Below are positions 1 to 14,205 of a stretch of DNA of 64,000 nt, piece after piece. The stretch covers positions 1,167-65,166 of the forward strand of contig JBKJLD010000060.1 in the NCBI GenBank assembly GCA_046597165.1, read 5' to 3'. Under the pieces are notes generated by a model, which was not told the origin of the DNA, did no database searches, and saw only the letters and a program-made list of their open reading frames with translations. Source of the stretch: Nocardioides sp. GTDB lineage: Bacteria; Actinomycetota; Actinomycetes; Propionibacteriales; Nocardioidaceae. Position numbers and translations under genes: made by a program. The stretch's first letter is position 1; every line of letters begins with the position of its first letter.

Positions 1-96
1 CCGTACCTGATCGACCTGGACTACTGCAAGGGGTGCGGACTCTGTGTGGCCGAGTGCCCGGCCGGTGCCATCGAGATGGTGCCGGAAGAGATCTAG
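1..96 (+). CDS. 3' end of 4Fe-4S dicluster (ferredoxin-like) domain protein, truncated by window edge
   Basis: Frame +1 reads [31 protein letters not shown], containing CxxCxxCxxxCP; TAG at 94-96. Confidence 0.85.
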   Translation, partial: PYLIDLDYCKGCGLCVAECPAGAIEMVPEEI

Positions 97-209
97 GGGT
101 CCCGATGAGCGAGCAGACCCGCCCCGACCAGCCGCACCACGGGCTGCTGGCCGGGACCCTGGCCGGACCGCTGGAGCCGACTCCGGAGGCGTGACGTTAC
201 GGTGCCGCC

Positions 210-743
210 ATGAGCGCGGACCCGAATCCCAGCCCCGAGAATGGTCCCGAGACCCGGCCCCCTTCGTACGCCCGCGTCTCGCTGGCGGTCATCACCTCCG
301 GGCGCGAGGCGAACCTGCTCGGCAACATCCACGGCGGCGAGATCATGAAGCTGGCCGACTCCACCGCTGGCGCGGTCGCCCAGCGGCACAGTGGCGGCCC
401 GGCCGTCACCGCCGCCATGGACGAGATGGCCTTCCTCGAGCCGGTCCACGTCGGCGACATCGTCCGGACCTTCGCCCAGGTCAACTGGACGGGCCGCTCC
501 TCGATGGAGATCGGGGTCCGGATCGAGGCCCAGCCGTGGAACGACCCGTCGGTGACCTCCCTGCACGTCGCGTCGGCGTACTTCGTCTTCGTGGCCATCG
601 ACGCCGAGGGTCGCTCCCGCGAGATCCCGCAGCTGGTCCCGGAGACGCCCGACGAGGTGCGCCGGCTGCGTGAGGCCGAGATCCGCCGCGCCCACCGGAT
701 GGCCAGGAAGCAGGAGATCGAGAGCGGTCGGAGGACCGACTGA
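210..743 (+). CDS. Acyl-CoA thioesterase (hotdog fold, YciA-like)
   Basis: ANLLGNIHGGEIMKLAD, VTAAMDEMAFLEPVHVGD and GRSSMEIGV motifs. Confidence 0.9.
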   Translation: MSADPNPSPENGPETRPPSYARVSLAVITSGREANLLGNIHGGEIMKLADSTAGAVAQRHSGGPAVTAAMDEMAFLEPVHVGDIVRTFAQVNWTGRSSMEIGVRIEAQPWNDPSVTSLHVASAYFVFVAIDAEGRSREIPQLVPETPDEVRRLREAEIRRAHRMARKQEIESGRRTD

Positions 744-744
744 G

Positions 745-1335
745 ATGGGGGAGTGGCGCCGCGCGCGAACCGCCCGGCTGTGGCTGGACGCCGCGGTCGA
801 GGATGACGTCGACGACCTGCACACGATCCACGCGGACCCGGCGACCTGGAGCCACTTTCCGAGTGGACGCCACATGACTCGAGCGCAGTCGGCCGCAATG
901 GTCGCCGGTGACGAGGCGCGGTGGACCGAGCACGGCCTGGGCTACTGGTCGGTGCGCACGGTTGACGGGGGGCCGGTGGTCGGACGGGGTGGCTGCTCGG
1001 TGCCTGCCTGGTGCCCGTGGTGGAACCTCTACTACCGGCTCAGCCCGGCGGTCCACGCGCGCGGCTACGCCACCGAGCTCGCTGCCACGGCCCTGAAGGC
1101 TGCCCACGCAGTCGATCCCGACCGGCCGGTGATCGCCTACCTGCTGGAGCACAACGTGGCGTCCCGGCGTACGGCGGAACGGGTCGGTCTCCGGCTGGCC
1201 TGGCGCGGCCCGGACCTCGGCAACCCGGACCCGGACGCCGTCCGGCTCGTGTTTGCCGACCGCGAGCCCGACGCATCGCTCGCTTCGGCGATCCGGCTCC
1301 ATTGCGAACATCCGGCGAGTCGCGACCCGGTGTGA
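745..1335 (+). CDS. GNAT family N-acetyltransferase (RimJ/RimL-like)
   Basis: TARLWL, RGYATE and HNVASRRTAERVG motifs; ATG 1 nt after upstream stop. Confidence 0.85.
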   Translation: MGEWRRARTARLWLDAAVEDDVDDLHTIHADPATWSHFPSGRHMTRAQSAAMVAGDEARWTEHGLGYWSVRTVDGGPVVGRGGCSVPAWCPWWNLYYRLSPAVHARGYATELAATALKAAHAVDPDRPVIAYLLEHNVASRRTAERVGLRLAWRGPDLGNPDPDAVRLVFADREPDASLASAIRLHCEHPASRDPV

Positions 1336-1392
1336 CCCCTGTGACTGGTGATACTGACGGGCAGAACTTCCCCACAGCAGAGAGGCATCTCG

Positions 1393-2844
1393 ATGCCACC
1401 CGTCTCTTCCCCCGGGTCGCACGACAGCCACCAGTCCGCCGCGCGCTTCAGCGCGGGTGACCGCGCGGCTCGCGTGCGCTTCCGTCGGGCCATTGCCCTG
1501 ATGGTGATGACCCTCGTGCTGCCGGGCTCGGCGCAGCTCGTGGCCGGAAACGCCCGGATCGGACGCCTCGCGCTGCGGATCTGGTTCGGCATCGGGCTCA
1601 CCCTGGTCACCACCCTGGCGGTCGGGCTGGTCTGGCACCAGCTGGCCTTCTGGCTGGTCTTCAACCCCCTGATGCTCGGGCTGCTGCGCTTCGCCCTGAT
1701 GCTCGCGGCCATCGGCTGGGCCGGGCTCTTCGTGGATGCCTGGCGGATCGGCCAACCCCTCACGCTGCTGATGGGGCACCGGCGCGCTGCCGTCGGGGTC
1801 AACGGCTTCCTCTGCCTCTCGGTCGCCGGCTCGCTGCTCTTCGGCGCGCACCTCGTCGGGATCCAGCGCGACTTCGTCCTGACCATGTTCGGCAACGGCG
1901 CTGCGTCCGGGAGCCACGACGGGCGCTACAACGTGCTGCTCGTCGGCGGCGACTCCGGAGCCGGGCGCTGGGGACTGCGGCCCGACTCGATGACCATCGC
2001 CAGCATCGACGCCGACACCGGCCGGACGGTCCTCATCGGGCTGCCCCGCAACATGGAGCACTTTCCCTTCGTGAAGGGCTCCGTCATGCGGGAGCAGTTC
2101 CCCGACGGGTTCGACGCGGACTACCTCAACGGGGTCAGCACCTGGGCTCAGGACAACACCGAGCTCTTCGGGCACAGCAAGACGCCCGGCATGGACGCCA
2201 CGATCATGGCGATCGAAGGGATCACGGGACTCAAGATCAACTACTGGGCGATGGTCAACCTGCAGGGGTTCAAGGACCTCGTCGACGCCGTGGGGGGCGT
2301 CACCCTCAACGTGCGCTCACCGATCCCGGTCGGTGGGCTCGGCTCCGACGTCACCGGCTACATCCAGCCGGGCGTCCGGCGGCTCAACGGCCACGACACG
2401 CTCTGGTACGCCCGGGCCCGTGAGGGTTCCGACGACTACTCGCGGATGGCGCGGCAGAAGTGCGTCATGAACGCGATGCTCAACCAGATCAGTCCGCAGG
2501 TGGCGGTGAGCAACTTCGAGAAGATCGCGACGGCGAGCTCGGCGATGATCTCGACCGACATCCCGGTCAGCGAGGTCGACCGCTTCATGGCGCTCGCCCT
2601 GAAGGCCAAGGCCCAGAAGGTCTCGACGCTCTCGCTGGTCCCGCCCATGATCAACACAGCCGAGCCGGACATCGGCCTGATCAAGAAGAAGGTCTCCGAG
2701 GCCATCGACCGCGCCGAGGGCCAGGCCCCGGCCCCGACGAGAGGGAAGAAGCACGCCGCCGGCGTCGTCACTGGTGGCTCGGTGGGGTCACTCCACGAGG
2801 GGTACGCCGCCAACCAGTCCGACGACCTCGGCTCCGCCTGCTGA
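1393..2844 (+). CDS. LCP (LytR-CpsA-Psr) glycopolymer-peptidoglycan ligase with N-terminal TM helices
   Basis: NVLLVGGDS..RPDS, LPRN, GFKDLVDAVGGV and ARAR..DDYSRMARQ motifs. Confidence 0.92.
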   Translation: MPPVSSPGSHDSHQSAARFSAGDRAARVRFRRAIALMVMTLVLPGSAQLVAGNARIGRLALRIWFGIGLTLVTTLAVGLVWHQLAFWLVFNPLMLGLLRFALMLAAIGWAGLFVDAWRIGQPLTLLMGHRRAAVGVNGFLCLSVAGSLLFGAHLVGIQRDFVLTMFGNGAASGSHDGRYNVLLVGGDSGAGRWGLRPDSMTIASIDADTGRTVLIGLPRNMEHFPFVKGSVMREQFPDGFDADYLNGVSTWAQDNTELFGHSKTPGMDATIMAIEGITGLKINYWAMVNLQGFKDLVDAVGGVTLNVRSPIPVGGLGSDVTGYIQPGVRRLNGHDTLWYARAREGSDDYSRMARQKCVMNAMLNQISPQVAVSNFEKIATASSAMISTDIPVSEVDRFMALALKAKAQKVSTLSLVPPMINTAEPDIGLIKKKVSEAIDRAEGQAPAPTRGKKHAAGVVTGGSVGSLHEGYAANQSDDLGSAC

Positions 2845-2950
2845 ATGACACGTGCAGGCGGGGACCGGGAGGGTTAGTCTCGCCGCGACGGCTGGTCGGG
2901 TCGCCCGTCATCTCGGGATCGCCCACGAGAACTGACGAAAGGCGCCACCG

Positions 2951-3421
2951 ATGATGAATACCAGGATCCTGCTCCCCGCTTTCGCGCTGGGCGTCAGCCT
3001 CGCGCTGACCGGCTGCGGCGGCAGCGACAGCAACAACGCGAAGCCCTCGGACTCCACCACCTCCGCGGCGCCTGCGATCTCGACCGCGGACTTCACCGAG
3101 CAGGCCAACGCGGTCTGCGCCTCGGGGAACGCCGAGATCCAGTCCGCGGCCGACGCGCTGGGCGACAACCCCAGCCAGGACGAGATCGAGGCGTTCGCCT
3201 CCGACACCCTGGTGCCGAACATCCAGGGACAGCACGACGACATCGAGGCGCTCGGCGCCCCGGAAGGCAGCGACGCCGACGTCACGGCCATGCTGGACTC
3301 GCTACAGGGCGGGATCGACGCGGTCCAGGCAGACCCGAGCCTCATCAACGGCGACACCAACCCGTTCGGTGAGGCAAACGACATGGCAGCAGCACTGGGG
3401 CTGACGGACTGCACCGGCTGA
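2951..3421 (+). CDS. Putative lipoprotein
   Basis: Signal peptide with lipobox LTGC; GAAAGG RBS upstream. Confidence 0.75.
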   Translation: MMNTRILLPAFALGVSLALTGCGGSDSNNAKPSDSTTSAAPAISTADFTEQANAVCASGNAEIQSAADALGDNPSQDEIEAFASDTLVPNIQGQHDDIEALGAPEGSDADVTAMLDSLQGGIDAVQADPSLINGDTNPFGEANDMAAALGLTDCTG

Positions 3422-3560
3422 CCGGTCGGGATGCGCCGGTGAGGAACAAGCCGGTGGCTGTGACGCACCAGGTACGTCAAGACCACCGGATTGTCCCAGC
3501 CGACGAGGCTGCCACCCGCGAGGGGCCGGCCTCCCCGGCCGTCCCCGTAGGGTGTGGGCC

Positions 3561-4492
3561 GTGATCGAGGACGAGACGTTGCCGCGCGTCGTGGCCGTCG
3601 TGGTCACCTTCAACCGGATCGCGCTGCTGCGCACCTTGGTGACGCGGCTCGGCGAGGTGCCGGAGCTGGCCGAGGTCCTGGTCATCGACAATGCCTCCAC
3701 CGACGGCACGGGGGAGTGGCTGGCCTCGCTCGAGGCGACGGACTCCGCGCCGCAGGTCCACGCCCGCACGCTGAGCAGCAACCGGGGCGGGGCCGGCGGC
3801 TTCCACGACGGTCTGGCCTGGGCCATGGAGCGCGGTGCCGACCTGGCCTGGTTGATGGACGACGACGGGCTGCCCGACGCCGGCTGCCTGGCGAGCCTGC
3901 TGGAGCACCGCGCCGACCTCGACTTCTGGGGCCCGGTCGTCGTCGACGAGGCCGACCCCGACCGGCTGGTCTTCCCCATCCGGCTCCCAGGGGGCACCCG
4001 CGTGGTGCACGCCATGCCCGACGTCGTCGCCGCGGCCACCGACGGCATGATCCGGGACGTGGTGATCCCCTTCAACGGCGTGCTGGTGACCCGCGACCTG
4101 GTCCAGCGGATCGGCCTGCCCCGTGAGGAGTTCTTCATCTGGGGCGACGACCACGAGTACCGCCTGCGCGCGGAGCGCGCTGGTGGCCGGGTCGCCACAC
4201 TCGTTGGTGCACAGGTGCGCCACCCGAGCGTGGGTGAGCTCGGTACGCCGATGATGTTCGGCCGCACGACGTACAACCACACCCCGAGCGACCTCAAGCA
4301 CTACTGCATGGCGCGCAACAACCTGCTCAACCTCCGCGAGTACCGCGGTTGGCGCCACGCCCTGCTGTTCGTGGCCAAGACGGTGTGGTTCTACTCCTTC
4401 ACCAGGCCCTCCCCACGGCGGCTCGCGCTCAGCGCCGGTGCGATGCGCGCGGGACTGGCCGGCGACTTCACCGGGCATCAGAGGTTCCTGCG

Positions 4493-4496
<4 letters not shown>
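3561..4496 (+). CDS. GT2 glycosyltransferase, GlfT1-like galactofuranosyltransferase
   Basis: VVVTFNR, DNASTDGT, NRGGAGGF, WLMDDD, PFNG and FFIWGDDHEY; lies upstream of glf; TAGGGT -10 upstream. Confidence 0.85.
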
Positions 4497-8640
<4,144 letters not shown>

Positions 8641-8648
<8 letters not shown>

Positions 8649-9531
8649 GGCGCACCCCACGGTGCGGGTCGTTGACGCCCCGCTCGTGGCCCCGGCCGCG
8701 TCGAACGGGCTGCTCGGGGTCTTCCGGCGTCGGTACCTCCTCAAGCTGCTCGTCCGTCGTGAGATCAGCGCGCGCTACCAGGGTTCCTTCCTGGGGCTGC
8801 TCTGGTCCTACATCAACCCGCTGTCGCAGTTCTTCATCTACTGGTTCGTCATGGGCAAGCTCTTCCGGCTGCACCAGGACGTCCCGAACTTCGCGATCCA
8901 CATCTTCTCCGCGCTGATCGTCGTCCACTTCTTCACCGAGACCTTCAACGCGGGCACCCGCTCGATCGTGCGCAACAAGGCGCTGGTGAAGAAGATGGCG
9001 TTGCCCCGCGAGATGTTCCCGGTGGCCTCGATGCTGGTCTCGCTGTTCCACGTCGGGCCGCAGATCGTGATCCTGTTGATCGCGACCCTGATGGCCGGCT
9101 GGTCCCCGGACCCTGCAGGCATGGGCGCGGCCGCGCTCGCGCTGGCGATCATCATGGTGCTCGGCACCGCCCTGGCGCTGCTGTTCAGCGCCGCGAACGT
9201 CTTCTTCCGGGACTTCTCCAGCGCCGTCACCGTGCTCACCAACTTCGTGCGCTTCGGCGTCCCGATGATCTACCCCTACAGCTTCGTCCCCAAGCGGTTC
9301 GGCACCTTTGCGGACTACTACCTGTTCAACCCGATCGCGGACGCCGTGCTGCTCTTCCAGCGGGCCTTCTGGGTCGGTGCGTCCTCGGACCCTGCGCTGA
9401 GCATCAACGAGCGGCTGCCGAGCCACCTGTTCGGCTGGGGCTTCGGAGCACTCGGCGGCTCGGTCGTGCTGCTGATCATCGGACAGCTGGTCTTCTCCCG
9501 GCTCGAGAACAAGATCCCGGAGCGTCTGTAG
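8641..9531 (+). CDS. wzm: Polysaccharide ABC exporter permease (Wzm)
   Basis: RYQGSFLGLLWSYINPL, about 6 TM helices, FFRD motif. Confidence 0.9.
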
Positions 9532-10349
9532 TGGCTGGCCAGAGCTCGTCCGCTTCGGACCGCACCTCGATCGTCGTCGAGAACGTCAGCAAGGAGTTCA
9601 CGCTCCGCTACCACCGCACCGCGAAGCAGGTGATGGTCGCGCGAGCCCGTGGGCAGGACGTCACAAACACCTTCCGGGCACTGGAGGACGTCTCCTTCAC
9701 CGTCGAGCAGGGCGAGTCGATCGGGCTGATGGGGCTCAACGGCTCCGGCAAGAGCACGCTGCTCAAGCTCGTCAACGGCGTGATGCGACCCGATGGTGGC
9801 AGCGTGCAGACCCGCGGCCGGATCTCGGGCCTGATCGCCACGGGAGCGGGGTTCCACCCGCAGCTCACGGGCCGGGAGAACGTCTACCTCAACGCGGCGA
9901 TCCTCGGGATGACCGAGCAGGAGACGAAGAACAAGTTCGACTCGATCGTCGACTTCGCCGACATCGGCCGCTTCCTCGACACTCCCGTCGGCAACTACTC
10001 GTCCGGCATGTTCGCCCGCCTGGGGTTCGCGGTGGCGATCCACGTGGACTCCGACATCTTTCTGGCCGACGAGGTGCTCGCGGTCGGCGACCGGCCGTTC
10101 AAGAAGAAGTGCATGGAGCGGATGCAGGAGATCCGCGACAGCGGACGCACCCTGTTCTACGTCAGCCACGCCGCAGGCTCGGTCCGCAAGATGTGCGATC
10201 GCGTGATCGTCCTCGAGAAGGGGCGCGTCGGGTTCGACGGCGACGTGGCCGAGGGGATCCGCTTCCTCAAGTACGACGACGAGACCCCGGGCGAGGAACC
10301 CGACGAGAACGACCTCGAGGACGACGAGGAGTTCGGCGCCGACATCTGA
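9531..10349 (+). CDS. wzt: Polysaccharide ABC exporter ATPase (Wzt), no C-terminal carbohydrate-binding domain
   Basis: Walker A GLNGSGKST, YSSGM signature, DEVLAVGD; acidic tail. Confidence 0.92.
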   Translation: MAGQSSSASDRTSIVVENVSKEFTLRYHRTAKQVMVARARGQDVTNTFRALEDVSFTVEQGESIGLMGLNGSGKSTLLKLVNGVMRPDGGSVQTRGRISGLIATGAGFHPQLTGRENVYLNAAILGMTEQETKNKFDSIVDFADIGRFLDTPVGNYSSGMFARLGFAVAIHVDSDIFLADEVLAVGDRPFKKKCMERMQEIRDSGRTLFYVSHAAGSVRKMCDRVIVLEKGRVGFDGDVAEGIRFLKYDDETPGEEPDENDLEDDEEFGADI

Positions 10350-10385
10350 CGTCGGGCGGCGCGGGGCCGGGTTTTCCGGCAGACT

Positions 10386-10496
10386 TGACAAATCGTCGAT
10401 GGCTCGGCGTGTCGAGTGGAAATTACACGTTTGTAGTTACTCACCAACTCTTCCGTGACTGGTGTGACTCGTGTGAAAGTTGCGCAACGTGTGAAT
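10386..10496 (+). promoter_or_regulatory. AT-rich regulatory region upstream of amidase
   Basis: TTGACA at 10386-10391, repeated GTGA units 10455-10476, palindrome GTTGCGCAAC at 10479-10488. Confidence 0.5.
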
Positions 10497-10521
10497 CTTC
10501 CCCCGCACTGGAGTAACTCAA

Positions 10522-13401
10522 ATGCCGCCCAGCAAGACTCGTTTCGTCACCGCCTGCCAGCAACTGCTGGCCCTCGCGGTGGTGCTCGCTGCCCTCACCC
10601 CGGCGGCCAGCGTCGTCACCCTCGACGTGGTCCGCGAAGAGCCCGGAGCGGGGGCCCGGGCAACCTCGCGCCTGGCCGTCACCGGTGACCTCGCGGCGTA
10701 CACCCGGGCCACCTCCCGCAAGTCGTTGGTCCCGGCCGAGGTCATCGACCCCACGGTCACGGAGTACCCCCTCACCGCCGCCCCGGTGGCCCGAGGCAGC
10801 AAGGTCGCTGTCACGGCTCTTCAGGCGCGGGTCACCCCCGGTGTCGTGCCGGGCAGCGCCGAGGTCACCAGCACCCCGCAGCCCGTCGTGGGCTACGGCG
10901 CCGTCGGTGTGACCTGGGCGCACGATGAGCCGATCTCCGACCAGGAGCTCAGCCTCCAGGTGCGCACCAGCACGCACGACGAGTGGTCGGCGTGGACCCA
11001 GCTGCCCTATGACTCCGAGCACGGGCCGGACCCCGACACCGCCGAGGGCCGGCACGCGCGTCCCGGCAGCGACGAGCTCCTCGTGGGCAACGTCGACCAG
11101 GTCCAGGTTCGGGCGCTCTCGAGCACCGGCGAGGTCCCGGCAGACATGAAGCTCGCCGTGATCGACCCGGGCAAGGCACCCAAGACCGCTGTGGAGTCGC
11201 CGGCACTCGACACCGGCACCATGGACGGCTCGACGGAGCCCACCGACCCGCCCGTGCCGACGGACCCGCCGCCGACGGACCCGACCGATCCCGGCGACAT
11301 CTCGCTCCAGACCGCCAGCTACACCCCGAAGCCCGTCATCTACTCCCGCGCACAGTGGGGCGCCGATGAGCGGATGCGCGAGAAGAGCTCGCTGCACTAC
11401 TACGAGGTGCACGCCGGCTTCGTCCACCACACGGTCAACGCCAACGACTACACGCGTGCCGAGGTTCCGGGCATCATCCGCAGCATCTACGCCTACCACA
11501 CCCAGTCCAAGGGTTGGAGCGACATCGGCTACAACTTCGTGGTCGACCGGTTCGGTCGGATCTGGGAGGGGCGCTACGGCGGTGTCGACCGCCCGGTGGT
11601 CGGGGCGCACACGCTCAACTACAACGAGAACTCCTTCGCGATGTCGGCGATCGGCAACTACGACATCAAGCAGCCGTCCGGGGCGATGGTCCAGGCCTAT
11701 GGCGCCCTGTTCGCCTGGAAGCTCTCGCTCCACGGCGTTGATGCGTCCTCCACCAGGCAGTGGGTCGGCTCGAAGTACTTCGAGGCCATCAACGGCCACC
11801 GGGACGCCGGACAGACCGCGTGCCCGGGCCGCTACCTCTATGCCAAGATCCCCCGGATCCGGGTGCTCGCCGCCGAGGCCCAGCGCGGCTGGTCCGGGCG
11901 CGAGCTCGAGTCCAACCTCGCCTCGACCCCACACCCCGACCTCGTCGTCCGCCGCGCCAGCGACGGACAGGGCTTCGTCATCCCGACGGGCGGCCTCACC
12001 CGGTTTCTGCGACCGGCACCCGTGGCCGCACCGTGGACCGCGGACGACACCGCCGTGGTCTCACCCGACCTGACCGGAGACGGACGCTCCGACGTGGTCG
12101 TGCGGCTGGCGGCCGGCTCGGCCTCGGTCTATCCCGGCGACGGCGCCGGGGACCTCGGCAGCCCCGTTCACAGGACCACGGGGCTCAACGGCCGGGACCT
12201 GATCACCGCTGTGGGTGACCTGGCCGGGAGCCCGAACAACGACCTGGTCGCCCGCAACGCCCACACCGGCAAGCTGAACCTGTACGTCGGCCACGGCGAC
12301 GGTGGCTTCACCCGTCGCAAGCTCGGCATCGACGGCTCCGGCTTCACCGCCCTGGCCGCCACGGGCGACCTCAACGGCGACCAACGTGCCGACCTGCTGG
12401 CCCGCGACGGGGCCGGGCACCTGTGGCTCTACCCCGGGACGGGCACCCGCCACCTCGGCACTCCGGTGCAGGTGCCGGGCGCGTGGGGCGGCTACGACAC
12501 GATCACCGGCTTCGGTGACTTCACGAGCGACGGGCGGCCGGACCTCTTCGTCCGCACCGCCAAGAAGAACGGCTACCTGTTGCCGTCCCGCGGAGACGGC
12601 ACCTTCGGACATCGGCTCGGCCCGATCCGCAAGGCGCGCGGCCTGACCTCGATCGCCGGTGGCAACCTGACGGGCAATGCGACTCCGGACCTGCTGGCCC
12701 GCAGGGGCGACCGGCTCGTCGTCTTCCCCAACGCCGGCACCTTCGAGACCGGGGCGCCGATCCCGACCGGCGTCCGCTTCTCCGCGGCCAACGTGCTGCT
12801 CAACGTCGGTGACTGGGACCATGACGGTCACGGAGACGTGGTCCTGCGGAACAAGAACAACGGGGCGCTCTACCTGCGCCGCGGTGACGGCCAGGGCCAC
12901 TTCGGCAAGGCAGTCCAGCTCGCCAAGGGATTCGCGCAGGTCGGTCTCCTCGCCGCGGTGGGGGACATGACCGGTGACGGGTGGCCGGACCTGATGGGCC
13001 AGCCCCGTGGTGGCGCGATGCGGATCTATCCGGGTGCCGGCCTCCAAGGACTCGGGGGCAGCTACGTCGCCCACGGGGCGATCAAGGCGGCCGCCCAGAT
13101 CGGGGTCGGACGCTGGGACGGGGACGGCTCCCCGGACAGCCTCATCCGCAGCGGCTCCAAGCTGACCCTCTACCCGGGCAACGGCCCCGGCGGGCTGACC
13201 AGCCCCCGGAGCCTGAGCCTCGACGTCTCGCCGTACGACTGGGTGGTGGGGGTCAGCTCGGAGGTCCTCGTCGGACACCCTGATGTGCTCGTCCGCGAGA
13301 AGAGCACCGGCTACCTGTGGCTCCTGCGGGCCACGGCCACCGGCTTCAAGCACCGGCTGTTCATGGGAGAGGGGATGGCTGCCTACGACTTGGTCGGTTG
13401 A
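10522..13401 (+). CDS. Secreted N-acetylmuramoyl-L-alanine amidase (Amidase_2/PGRP-like) with C-terminal FG-GAP/VCBS repeats
   Basis: SRAQWGA, FVHHT, GWSDIGYNF, GAHT and GHRD..TACPG; multiple GD-x-GDG-x-D repeats; signal peptide. Confidence 0.9.
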   Translation: MPPSKTRFVTACQQLLALAVVLAALTPAASVVTLDVVREEPGAGARATSRLAVTGDLAAYTRATSRKSLVPAEVIDPTVTEYPLTAAPVARGSKVAVTALQARVTPGVVPGSAEVTSTPQPVVGYGAVGVTWAHDEPISDQELSLQVRTSTHDEWSAWTQLPYDSEHGPDPDTAEGRHARPGSDELLVGNVDQVQVRALSSTGEVPADMKLAVIDPGKAPKTAVESPALDTGTMDGSTEPTDPPVPTDPPPTDPTDPGDISLQTASYTPKPVIYSRAQWGADERMREKSSLHYYEVHAGFVHHTVNANDYTRAEVPGIIRSIYAYHTQSKGWSDIGYNFVVDRFGRIWEGRYGGVDRPVVGAHTLNYNENSFAMSAIGNYDIKQPSGAMVQAYGALFAWKLSLHGVDASSTRQWVGSKYFEAINGHRDAGQTACPGRYLYAKIPRIRVLAAEAQRGWSGRELESNLASTPHPDLVVRRASDGQGFVIPTGGLTRFLRPAPVAAPWTADDTAVVSPDLTGDGRSDVVVRLAAGSASVYPGDGAGDLGSPVHRTTGLNGRDLITAVGDLAGSPNNDLVARNAHTGKLNLYVGHGDGGFTRRKLGIDGSGFTALAATGDLNGDQRADLLARDGAGHLWLYPGTGTRHLGTPVQVPGAWGGYDTITGFGDFTSDGRPDLFVRTAKKNGYLLPSRGDGTFGHRLGPIRKARGLTSIAGGNLTGNATPDLLARRGDRLVVFPNAGTFETGAPIPTGVRFSAANVLLNVGDWDHDGHGDVVLRNKNNGALYLRRGDGQGHFGKAVQLAKGFAQVGLLAAVGDMTGDGWPDLMGQPRGGAMRIYPGAGLQGLGGSYVAHGAIKAAAQIGVGRWDGDGSPDSLIRSGSKLTLYPGNGPGGLTSPRSLSLDVSPYDWVVGVSSEVLVGHPDVLVREKSTGYLWLLRATATGFKHRLFMGEGMAAYDLVG

Positions 13402-13428
13402 GAGACCGGCCGGGCTCCTGGCCCACGC

Positions 13429-14136
13429 TCAAGGGAAGCGAGCCGTGGCACGCTCGGCGGCGTACGTCGCCTCGAGACGCCCCGGTTCGGCGTGGGAGAC
13501 CAGGACCAGCGAGCCGCCGCGCGCGAGCGGCTCCACGAACGAGGCGATTCCCGGTGGGGAAGCCGGGTTCGCCTCCGTCAGGAGGCGGCCGCCGTCGGTG
13601 AGGAGACTCCCGGCGGCGGCCGCTTTCCACAGCTCCCCCTGGCTGACGCCCGGGAGCGCGGGGTCGTCAGAGCCGGGCGGGTCCCAGGCGGTGAACGCAT
13701 CCGGCTGTGACCAGATCTCCAGCCCGACGTCGTGGACCTCGGCCGGCAGCGGATCGGCGAAGCGGACGCCCATCGGGAGCAGTGAGCAGGCCAGCACCGG
13801 AAGCTCGGTGGCTCGGGCCGCCCAGCGCTCGAGGCCGTCCGGTCCGCACACGACCGCGTCCGCCCCATCAGCCGGTCCCACGCTCACGCCCACCGTCCAG
13901 GCGGCGCCCAGGAAGACCGGGACCAGCCAGTGCGCGGGCAGATCCAGATGGAGCGACTGACCGCGCTCGAGGCCGTGCTCGTCGGCCAACAGGGAGGCCG
14001 CCTTCGCCACCCAGTTGGCGTACGTCGTCACCGACAGCTCGGTCCGCTCGTCGCTCGCGTGGTCGTAGAAGGTGATCAGGGGGCGCGAGGAGTCGGCGCG
14101 CAGCAGCGTGGACAACACGGAGGAGAAGGTGGTCAC
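13429..14136 (-). CDS. TIGR03089 family protein (AMP-binding-like fragment)
   Basis: RPLITFYD..ERTELS..NWVAK; divergent from manC. Confidence 0.8.
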   Translation of the reverse strand: MTTFSSVLSTLLRADSSRPLITFYDHASDERTELSVTTYANWVAKAASLLADEHGLERGQSLHLDLPAHWLVPVFLGAAWTVGVSVGPADGADAVVCGPDGLERWAARATELPVLACSLLPMGVRFADPLPAEVHDVGLEIWSQPDAFTAWDPPGSDDPALPGVSQGELWKAAAAGSLLTDGGRLLTEANPASPPGIASFVEPLARGGSLVLVSHAEPGRLEATYAAERATARFP

Positions 14137-14205
14137 CGCACCAGCCTAGGAGCGTACCGGCGCGCGGGGCGCACCCGGGACGGGTGCTGCCCCTAGGCTG
14201 CGGCC

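Noticed and set aside
11240-11293. ACCGACCCG-like tandem repeats
   Set aside because: They encode the Pro/Thr/Asp linker of the amidase, not an independent element
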